This document shows positions 1-7,472 of a DNA stretch of 58,774 bases, piece by piece. The notes beneath the pieces are model-generated. The model was not told the origin of the DNA, made no database searches, and saw nothing but the letters and a program-made list of their open reading frames with translations. Source of the stretch: an uncultured Rhizobiaceae bacterium. Lineage in GTDB: Bacteria; Pseudomonadota; Alphaproteobacteria; Rickettsiales; UBA1997. Within the stretch, counting starts at the first letter, position 1. Each line of letters starts with the position of its first letter. Made by a program: the position numbers and the translations under genes. The stretch covers positions 6,671 to 65,444 of the forward strand of contig CAZAFD010000001.1 in the NCBI GenBank assembly GCA_964484785.1. The letters are read 5' to 3'.

Positions 1-304
1 ATCAGGAAGTATTTCTAAAGTTTTATCTGTAGAATCTACAACCTGTGTATTTTGAGAAAGTTCTTCTTCTACTGTATCCTGAACTGGAGTTACGTCTGGT
101 TCTGTGGTATGAACCTTATATTCTATGGCTGCTATAGGTGCCTTGTTTACATGTAATATGTTCATTGCCTCTAGCATTCCTGCAAAATCAGGAGAAATTT
201 GTCTAGTCATTAATACACGATTAAGTTTTGAGAACAATATAACTTTTATATCAGGAAGTATTTCTAAAGTTTTATCTGTAGAATCTACAACCTGTGTATT
301 TTGA
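1..304. repeat. in-frame tandem repeat, period 249 nt (83 codons), inside the partial CDS
   Basis: Bases 1-55 are identical to 250-304 (atcaggaagtatttctaaagttttatctgtagaatctacaacctgtgtattttga). Shared blocks continue beyond this (ttcttctactgtatc, ctggttctgtggta). More copies may lie beyond the window edge. Confidence 0.85.
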
Positions 305-804
305 ACTGAAGCTGCTTCTTCTACTGTATCTTGAGAAAGCTTTTCTTCTACTGTATTCTGAGTTGGTTCTGCTTCTGGTTCTGTGGTACTAATTTTAGAA
401 GATTCCTCTAATTCGCTTTCATGGGTTGGAGTCACTTCTGGTTCTGTACTAGGTTCTTGTGATAAATCGTGAGTTTCATGAGGTACCTCTTCAGGCTCAC
501 TATTTCTATTACGCGCAAAAAGAGTTCTGAATAAAGTTTTGAAACTATTTCTAATTTCAGAAAAAGATTCCTTTATTATGGACCATAATCCACTAAATTC
601 TACCTTTAATTCTGCTACTCTTTCGTTTTTGCTAAGGTTTGCATATTCGCCTTTACGAAATAACAGTGCAATAATTGTGTCACATTGTTCTGCACTATTA
701 TGAAATAAATTCTTTATTGCTCCCCACACATTTTGCAAAGCTTCTTTTCTTTGAAGTGTAGATGTCTGCGAATTTGTGTTTCCGCTTATACTCTCGTTTG
801 TCAT
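1..804 (-). CDS. hypothetical acidic tandem-repeat protein, N-terminal part only (the ORF runs off the window start)
   Basis: My translation of the minus strand from the ATG (complement of cat at 802-804) stays open to base 1: MTNESISGNTNSQTSTLQRKEALQNVWGAIKNLFHNSAEQ... It is missing from the ORF track only because no stop lies in the window. It contains an in-frame 249-nt repeat and E/T/P-rich TEPE/TVEE segments. Confidence 0.6.
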   Translation of the reverse strand, partial: MTNESISGNTNSQTSTLQRKEALQNVWGAIKNLFHNSAEQCDTIIALLFRKGEYANLSKNERVAELKVEFSGLWSIIKESFSEIRNSFKTLFRTLFARNRNSEPEEVPHETHDLSQEPSTEPEVTPTHESELEESSKISTTEPEAEPTQNTVEEKLSQDTVEEAASVQNTQVVDSTDKTLEILPDIKVILFSKLNRVLMTRQISPDFAGMLEAMNILHVNKAPIAAIEYKVHTTEPDVTPVQDTVEEELSQNTQVVDSTDKTLEILPD

Positions 805-965
805 TTTCTTATATTATATTATTAGTAATATTGTATTTAAACAACACTACTATAACACAAAAAATAGTCTTGGTCAAGATTATATTAATGATACAATTAA
901 ATAATATTGTTTTTAAAAAAAGGAACAGGTATAATCCGTTGTTATATGTTAATTTTCTGAGATAA

Positions 966-1895
966 ATGACCTGTTTTGATGTTTTAATTTTGGGTTCCGG
1001 CCCAGGCGGAGATACGGCCGCTATATATACTGCAAGAGCTGGCTTAAAAACATGCTTAATCACAGGGCATACCTTAGGTGGTCAATTGACAATTACTTCT
1101 GAAGTAGAAAATTTTCCTGGTTTTTCAGAACCGATTATGGGCTTTGATCTAATGGACAGGATGTTAAAACAAGCTATAAATTGTGGAGTTGAGGTAATTT
1201 ATGATACAGTTGCATCTGTGGATTTAAATCAAAGACCATTTAAATGTGTTACAGAAAATCAAGTAGAATTTTTAGCGAATAATATAGTTATAGCTACAGG
1301 CGCCTCGACGAAATGGCTTGGTCTGAAATCTGAACAAGAATTTATTGGACATGGAGTCTCTGGTTGTGCTATTTGTGACGGTAACTTTTTTAGAAATAAA
1401 ATAGTGGCAGTTATAGGAGCTGGCGAATCGGCCGGTATAGAAGCTTTACACATGTCCAAACTAGCTTCTAAAGTCTATTTAATTTGTAGAAAGTCTAAAA
1501 TTACTAGAATGACAAAAACCATACAGGACAGGGTTTTCAATAATAATAAAATTGACTTGATCTTCAATTCGGAAGTTTTAGAAATCTATGGAGATGATAA
1601 CCCAAAGAGGGTTTCTGCTTTAAAAATTATGAATAACCAAAGTCAAGAGATTAGAGTTATTGACCTAAGTGCTGTTTTTGTGGCTATAGGGCGAAGTCCT
1701 CAAAGCGAAATTTTTACCCAGTCTGATTTAAAGATAGATGAATTTGGTTATATAAAAACTAAGCCTGATAGTACTAGAACTAATATTCCAAATGTTTATG
1801 CCATAGGAGATGTTGCTAATAAAAGGTATAAACAAGCTGTTTTGGCAGCTGCCCAAGGTTGTGTCGCGGCCTTTGAAATCCAGGAAGATAACTAA
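966..1895 (+). CDS. trxB: thioredoxin-disulfide reductase
   Basis: 309 aa. It has an N-terminal FAD motif (GSGPGGDTAAIY), a redox-active CAICDG, an NADPH motif (GAGESAGIEA) and a C-terminal GDV motif. Confidence 0.93.
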   Translation: MTCFDVLILGSGPGGDTAAIYTARAGLKTCLITGHTLGGQLTITSEVENFPGFSEPIMGFDLMDRMLKQAINCGVEVIYDTVASVDLNQRPFKCVTENQVEFLANNIVIATGASTKWLGLKSEQEFIGHGVSGCAICDGNFFRNKIVAVIGAGESAGIEALHMSKLASKVYLICRKSKITRMTKTIQDRVFNNNKIDLIFNSEVLEIYGDDNPKRVSALKIMNNQSQEIRVIDLSAVFVAIGRSPQSEIFTQSDLKIDEFGYIKTKPDSTRTNIPNVYAIGDVANKRYKQAVLAAAQGCVAAFEIQEDN

Positions 1896-2002
1896 ATAAA
1901 CTTATTACTAATTTTATAGGTAAATAGCTTTTAAAGCTTGAATTGTTTTTAAAAATGTACTTTTTGATATAAAACTATCAGGAATTTTCTATTGCGAAAA
2001 AT

Positions 2003-2265
2003 ATGCGTAAAGTAGATTTAAGGAGGGTTATTGCACAAAAAACAGGTTTTTTAAAGGATTAAGAACTCTTTATGGATTCTTTTTTAGAAACAGTACAAGA
2101 GGTTTTAAAAAATAAAGGAACAGTTATTTTACTGGTTTTGGGAGTTTTAAAGTATTAGAAACTAAAGATGGGCTTGGCAGAAATCCTCAAACAGGCAAAC
2201 AAATTAAAATTACTGGTCATAACAAGGCGAAATTTACACCAGGTCGCGAACTTAAGGAAATCTGA
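2003..2265 (+). pseudogene. HU/IHF-family DNA-binding protein pseudogene (in-frame stop plus frameshift)
   Basis: The ATG at 2003 gives MRKVDLRRVIAQKTGFLKD, then TAA at 2060-2062. The same frame continues as ELFMDSFLETVQEVLKNKGTVIL. After a 1-nt frame change just before 2134, the other frame reads GFGSFKVLETKDGLGRNPQTGKQIKITGHNKAKFTPGRELKEI and stops at 2263-2265. GFGxF...GRNPxTG...F.PG..L is the HU/IHF arm signature. Confidence 0.7.
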
Positions 2266-2278
2266 AAATAAGATTATA

Positions 2279-2303
2279 AAAGTTCATCTTAAAGATGAAC
2301 TTT
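2279..2303. terminator. bidirectional hairpin between the convergent HU remnant and the mutase gene
   Basis: Near-perfect inverted repeat aaagttcatctt / aagatgaacttt lying just 3' of both genes. Confidence 0.5.
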
Positions 2304-2306
2304 CCA

Positions 2307-3689
2307 TTAAAAAGTTAAATTAATTCCACTAAGTTTTAATTGCTGAATGACTTCTTTTTTACATTCTTCTAGACCACTTTCTGTTCGAGCCTCGCATCTA
2401 ACTGTGATTTTATCTTCGGTGCAGTTGTCTCTTATTAACCACCAACCATCGGCTTTATTTACTCTAACGCCATTTACTGTTATAAGATCTCTACCTTGTT
2501 GTTGTAATCTAGCTATTATTTCTTGAGGAATATTTATCTTCTCTTGATAAGAACATGCAATACCGATTTTTGGAGTGCTATAGTATCTAGGGAAATGTTC
2601 TACAATATCGCTCAGGGTGGATTGAGAATTTTCTAAAATATTTATTAACTTTATAGATGCGTACAAAGCATCGTCATAATTATAATTTTCTCCAAAAAAC
2701 ATATGGCCACTGGTCTCGCCGGCAAGTCCTATATTCTCAGAAGACATTAAATCTTTAATAAATGAATGGCCGGGTCTACACATTACTGGTTGTCCACCGT
2801 ATTCCTTGATCTTATCTATAAGTAACTGGCTAGATGATACTTCAAAGGCTACCTTGGCCCCTGTATTGTCCTTAAGATAATCTTCTGCGAAAATACACAA
2901 TAATTGATCTCCATATAGTGCGCGACCTTTATGATCTACTACAGCGAGTCTATCTCCGTCACCATCGTAGGCTATACCCAAATCGAAACCACCTTCAAGT
3001 ACTTCTTTTTGCAGATCTTTTAAATTTTTTGCTATAGATGGATCTGCTGGATGGTTTGGGAATGTACCATCTACATTTCCATAAATAATTCTGTTTTTAC
3101 CAGGCAATCCTTGAACTATATTTTGTAGGACTGTTGCCGTAGCTCCATTACCAGCATCAAAAACAACATTTAGTGTTTTTGTATTATTTTTATTATATTG
3201 TTGTAGTATATATTCAATATAAAGGCTATTTATATTTATTGTTTCATTCTTACCTGTCCCATTAATGAAGTGACCAGAGGCTGCTATTCTGCCCAAGTCT
3301 TGTATATCATTTCCCCATATTGGTCTATCGTTGGTGAGCATCTTAAAGCCGTTAAATTCCGGTGGATTATGAGAGGCCGTTATTATTAGCCCCGCATCTT
3401 TTTTTAATTGTTGAACCGCAAAGTATACCATTGGAGTTGGACACAAACCTATATTGGTTGTATTAATTCCTGTTTCATTGAGACCTTTACAAACATGATG
3501 ACAGTAAGTTTCTGATGTTATTCTTCCATCATAACCAACAATACATGTTTTTTTATTTAATTTATGCAAAAGACTGCCATAGCTCCTACCAACAAAATAC
3601 GCGTCTTTTTCTGTTAATTCCTTATTAACTATACCTCTTATGTCGTAAAATTTTAAAACATTCTGATCAAATTTATGTGTCCCATGCAT
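2307..3689 (-). CDS. phosphomannomutase/phosphoglucomutase family enzyme
   Basis: 460 aa. It has the phosphoserine loop ITASHNPPEFNGFK, the Mg site AYDGDGDRLAVVD and the sugar loop GETSGH. The TASHNP..NGFK form fits PMM/PGM better than GlmM. Confidence 0.85.
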   Translation of the reverse strand: MHGTHKFDQNVLKFYDIRGIVNKELTEKDAYFVGRSYGSLLHKLNKKTCIVGYDGRITSETYCHHVCKGLNETGINTTNIGLCPTPMVYFAVQQLKKDAGLIITASHNPPEFNGFKMLTNDRPIWGNDIQDLGRIAASGHFINGTGKNETININSLYIEYILQQYNKNNTKTLNVVFDAGNGATATVLQNIVQGLPGKNRIIYGNVDGTFPNHPADPSIAKNLKDLQKEVLEGGFDLGIAYDGDGDRLAVVDHKGRALYGDQLLCIFAEDYLKDNTGAKVAFEVSSSQLLIDKIKEYGGQPVMCRPGHSFIKDLMSSENIGLAGETSGHMFFGENYNYDDALYASIKLINILENSQSTLSDIVEHFPRYYSTPKIGIACSYQEKINIPQEIIARLQQQGRDLITVNGVRVNKADGWWLIRDNCTEDKITVRCEARTESGLEECKKEVIQQLKLSGINLTF

Positions 3690-3778
3690 TCTTAAATATC
3701 CTTATTTGTTTGGACCGAAGATAAAGATTTAATATAAAAAATCAATTACGTATAAGGTGGTAATTAGACAATATATAT

Positions 3779-4510
3779 TTACATATGTTTGCCTCTACCG
3801 CCAATTTTTGGGATTATCTTCTTGTTAACCAAAGTATCTTTTGCATATTTTGAATATACACTATAAAGAGTACATTCGATGTTATCAGAGTTTTTATCAA
3901 ATATATCTATTTGTAACAAGATATCAGCATAGCTGTTATATGTGAGATCAGCTTCTATTAGAGATTGTATATGCAAGACTTTATTATCTATATGTCTAGT
4001 AACCAATATTTCATTTTGATTAAAGATATTTACAGTGATTAACTTCTGCGTGGATAAATCTTTTAAGCTTGGATATTTGCCTATTAGATTATTGATTCTT
4101 GCACTTTCTTCTTTGCTTGGTTTGGTACAAGATTCCTGTAGAGCTAACTGTGAAGACCATATACTTAATCGTAATAAATCACATCCATCTACAAGAGATT
4201 TAGTATGTAGTTTTGCCTTACGAAGTATGGATAATAGAACACATTTTTTAGCATAGCTTGATATAAGAGTTTTTTCGTAAGCATTACTCGGTTGTGGTCT
4301 ATATTTAAAATATGATTGACAACTGTTAATTAAATAATCTTTTTGACTTAAAAAGAGACTATCTTCATTTTCTATAAAGGCTTCTGTGCGCATCCTTAAG
4401 TTATCGATCTTTTCTCTCTGAAATTTAAAATCTGAAATAGTGTAGTCACTAAAGATAAAATCAAAAAATACATACACCAATATGACTACAAGTAATAAAA
4501 AACGCTTCAT
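3779..4510 (-). CDS. hypothetical exported or membrane-anchored protein, last gene of the four-gene operon
   Basis: 243 aa with an N-terminal hydrophobic segment (MKRFLLLVVILVYVFFDFIFS). It starts 3 nt after the upstream stop. I recognise no motif. Confidence 0.55.
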   Translation of the reverse strand: MKRFLLLVVILVYVFFDFIFSDYTISDFKFQREKIDNLRMRTEAFIENEDSLFLSQKDYLINSCQSYFKYRPQPSNAYEKTLISSYAKKCVLLSILRKAKLHTKSLVDGCDLLRLSIWSSQLALQESCTKPSKEESARINNLIGKYPSLKDLSTQKLITVNIFNQNEILVTRHIDNKVLHIQSLIEADLTYNSYADILLQIDIFDKNSDNIECTLYSVYSKYAKDTLVNKKIIPKIGGRGKHM

Positions 4511-4513
4511 TAA

Positions 4514-5242
4514 TTAAAAACTCCTTAATAATTCGTCCAACTCAACATCATAACTTTCGTATTGTCCACTATTATTAATAGATGTGCTTTTGGTTTTTTG
4601 ATTCTTATTCATAAAGCTATTATTCTCGAATTTACCTTCTATAATTTTATCAAGCATAGGAATATAAGTTTGATTAACCGATAAATGTATAGTTAGCTCA
4701 TACTTACCATCTGCATTGGCTTTATAATTGTCGTTTTGTATGTTATTATGAATATACTCGTGCTTTATCTTTGATATAGTCCATAAAATGGTAGCAGAGT
4801 TTTTATCTAGGTTAAGAATTTTATATTCTCCTTTAGCAGCCTTGTTTGAAGTATTACTAATTTTTTTATCATTAATCCACAAGGTCCAGCTATCATCTGA
4901 CGAATAAATAATGGACTTTAAATATATATTGAAGTTTTGTATATTGTTTGTACTCGGGGTGGTAATTACATCTTCTACATTACCGCCAGCTTCTTTGCTC
5001 TCTATATTTTGATAACTAGCGTAGGCATTTAATACCTTTTTGAGTATTAAAATCTGTTTTTCTAAGAAAAATATACTATCTAAACTGGAGTAGTAATTAT
5101 CATCTAATGACTTAGGTATGATTTGAGTTTTTTTATCACTGTTTGAATTATTCTCATTTGACGCTTGTGTTTCTTTACTTAAACAAATGCCTGTTTTTGT
5201 TGTAAAATATAGTAATGTAAAAATTATGAGACATTTTTTCAT
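4514..5242 (-). CDS. hypothetical secreted protein, PilP/GspC-like by position and topology
   Basis: I moved the start to MKKCLIIFTLLYFTTKTGIC (ATG at 5242, 1 nt after the upstream stop at 5244-5246). It has a signal peptide with a non-canonical lipobox-like TGIC. The C-terminal segment SWTLWINDKKIS...GEYKILNLDKNSATILWT recalls the PilP/GspC beta-domain pattern. This is inference only. Confidence 0.55.
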   Translation of the reverse strand: MKKCLIIFTLLYFTTKTGICLSKETQASNENNSNSDKKTQIIPKSLDDNYYSSLDSIFFLEKQILILKKVLNAYASYQNIESKEAGGNVEDVITTPSTNNIQNFNIYLKSIIYSSDDSWTLWINDKKISNTSNKAAKGEYKILNLDKNSATILWTISKIKHEYIHNNIQNDNYKANADGKYELTIHLSVNQTYIPMLDKIIEGKFENNSFMNKNQKTKSTSINNSGQYESYDVELDELLRSF

Positions 5243-5243
5243 T

Positions 5244-5879
5244 TTAATTTCCCAAGTAAAAAGCATTTAAATTTAAATCTACCTCAAGTAATGGTAATAA
5301 ATTGTTATTTAGTGTGTTTTGAACAAAGACCTTATCTATTTGTCTTAGCTTAATAATTTGTATGCTATCTATAGTAATAAAACAATTCAGCTTGTCTTTG
5401 AGGTTTTTAATAAAACTAAAAATATCATGTTCACTAAAACATTTAAACTTTAAACTTATATCTTTAGAATAAATCTTATTTTTATAAGTACTTTCATGTA
5501 AAAGTGTAGCTTCACTGGTTTTTACATTTAAATCAAAAATATTAAATTCTTGCGCGTTTGTTGAGATCAGTTTGACTAAATTAGTGGTGTCTAGTTTAAA
5601 AAAATCTTTTTTCCTTAAGTCTTGATAATTAAATACCTTAGCATACTTTTCTGCTAAGGATACCTCTTCGGTTATTTTGATTAAATCCCCATCTAGTTGT
5701 TGATTCTTTTGTTTTAAATTAATTAAGGAATCCTTCTTACTAACCTTTTGTTTTTTGTTTAAAAAATAAAGACCAAAATTGGCGCCAATAATTAAAACAA
5801 GTAATATACTAATATATATGTTTGTATTGATAAGAAGTTGTTTTTTATCTCCAACCTTATTTTTTCTTTTAAAAATCAT
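5244..5879 (-). CDS. bitopic membrane protein, PilO/GspM-like
   Basis: 211 aa. It has a short basic N-terminus, one TM (NIYISILLVLIIGANFGLYFL), a coiled-coil-like stretch, then a strand-helix-strand pattern (ISLKFKC..HDIFSFIKNLKD..FITIDSIQII..LEVDLNLNAFY) typical of PilN/PilO/GspM ferredoxin-like domains. Its start overlaps the upstream stop (ATGA at 5876-5879). Confidence 0.55.
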   Translation of the reverse strand: MIFKRKNKVGDKKQLLINTNIYISILLVLIIGANFGLYFLNKKQKVSKKDSLINLKQKNQQLDGDLIKITEEVSLAEKYAKVFNYQDLRKKDFFKLDTTNLVKLISTNAQEFNIFDLNVKTSEATLLHESTYKNKIYSKDISLKFKCFSEHDIFSFIKNLKDKLNCFITIDSIQIIKLRQIDKVFVQNTLNNNLLPLLEVDLNLNAFYLGN

Positions 5880-7399
5880 AAAGACTCCAACTCAAAAGTT
5901 ATTGGTGCGCTGGAATAAAACTTATTAAAGTCAATTTTATTCTTATCAAAGGTCAATGTTTTAATCTGCAGCTTCTTTTTTATTCCTTTTTCTAAAGACG
6001 ACTTAAAGCTTTCATAATTTTCCAATAAAGTTTCAGCTGATCCAGAATCATAATTGTTCATTAGTGATCCACTAAAATGCCAAGTAGCCTTAACTACGTA
6101 ATCGTTCTTAAAATTCTTTGCATCAAAACCACTTTGTTGCCACTTAAATTTTGATAAAGTAACTTTACCCGGCATAAGTTGTGCGAATAATTTGAAATCG
6201 TCAAAAGGAGTTAGTTTGTTTTTTTGTAAAAATTCGTGGATAAGTCCTAGGTCTATTATTGAGTGGATATTGTCCTTTTTCAAAATTGCAACATTCTTTT
6301 TAGTATCAAGTTCTGTAGTCTTGGTTTTTATGGATTGATTAACCTTTCTCATATCAAAAAAGTACGACATATATACAATACAGAAGCCTACGGCCAAATA
6401 GGTAAAGATAAGTAGGGCTAAATAAATTAAATTTTTTAAAATATGATCTATTTTTAATAGAAGATTAATTAGTCTAGTAGATGGTGTAAAAAATTTAAAA
6501 ATATTTCGCTTAAATGTGACCAGGTTGTTATAAACAATATCAGCGTATTCATAATCAATTTCCTTTTCTCTATTGAACTTTGTTTTAAATAATCTAGCGA
6601 GGATTTCGCTGGTATCAAAGTACATGGAATTAATAGTCTTTAAATCAGATCTGTTAAAAACATTCTTTATAAGCGAGGTCGTGATTCCTATTATCGATAG
6701 ATTTTCAGATTTAAAATCTGCATCAAAACGTTTAATAAAGCCATTGGTTCTGGCTATATCGTTTTCAAATAGCATTGTTTTTGTCTTAATATCAGATTCT
6801 GCATTGTTAATATCATACAAGAATCTCGTAAAAACTAACTTTTGATTTCTAAAGGCTATTTGTCTTATTCCACTAACCTTTGTTTCTACTAGCAGTAGTA
6901 TCCACTTCTTTTTCTTTAATATAGGAAACTGTTTTAAAAGTTCCTTTAGTATTCTCGTGCTTTCCAGGGGCGCCATATATATGCCAGCCAATAAATTTGG
7001 AACAGTCTCTATAAATGCTATTATATCATTAAGAATTGGCTCGACAGGAGAAGATACGAAGAGATATTCCCATTCTTTTGTAGTATCATTCTTACCAAGA
7101 AAGAGCTTGGTACGTAGATCTTCGCTTGGTGTTTCAAAATTGAATTTCCTATTTACAACTTTATGCAAGTCAAAGATATTTATACTTTTAGGAAACTTTT
7201 TTAAACTATAGTTTTGTCCAATGTTATCCAATAATACATAAACCTTAGCCCTGCTATGTTCTAATAATAATGATCGTAATTCTTCTTTAACTTGGTCATT
7301 AAACTCCTTAAAGAACTTTTCATGAACGACCATTTTAGACTTGTTAAGTCTAAAATACAGTCCATAATTACCAATTAGAATTGTAAAATATGTGGCCAT
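5876..7399 (-). CDS. bitopic membrane protein, GspL-like (PilM-PilN fusion architecture)
   Basis: 507 aa. It has a ~320-aa cytoplasmic part, a single TM (LIYLALLIFTYLAVGFCIVYMSYFF) and a ~150-aa C-terminal part with a PilN-like pattern (ATWHFSGSL...LQIKTLTF...PITFELE). The assignment rests on architecture only. Confidence 0.5.
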   Translation of the reverse strand: MATYFTILIGNYGLYFRLNKSKMVVHEKFFKEFNDQVKEELRSLLLEHSRAKVYVLLDNIGQNYSLKKFPKSINIFDLHKVVNRKFNFETPSEDLRTKLFLGKNDTTKEWEYLFVSSPVEPILNDIIAFIETVPNLLAGIYMAPLESTRILKELLKQFPILKKKKWILLLVETKVSGIRQIAFRNQKLVFTRFLYDINNAESDIKTKTMLFENDIARTNGFIKRFDADFKSENLSIIGITTSLIKNVFNRSDLKTINSMYFDTSEILARLFKTKFNREKEIDYEYADIVYNNLVTFKRNIFKFFTPSTRLINLLLKIDHILKNLIYLALLIFTYLAVGFCIVYMSYFFDMRKVNQSIKTKTTELDTKKNVAILKKDNIHSIIDLGLIHEFLQKNKLTPFDDFKLFAQLMPGKVTLSKFKWQQSGFDAKNFKNDYVVKATWHFSGSLMNNYDSGSAETLLENYESFKSSLEKGIKKKLQIKTLTFDKNKIDFNKFYSSAPITFELESL

Positions 7400-7472
7400 T
7401 CATTAATCATGTATTAGTCATACCAATAGCTAAGCAGAAAAATATAAAAATTCAAGAAAATTATTTTATATT

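Noticed and set aside
762-1063. 67-aa (+) and 84-aa (-) ORFs in and around the trxB upstream region
   Set aside because: They have low-complexity I/L/N-rich products. One overlaps the trxB N-terminus antisense and the other overlaps the start of the repeat-protein gene. The region is better explained as a divergent promoter region.
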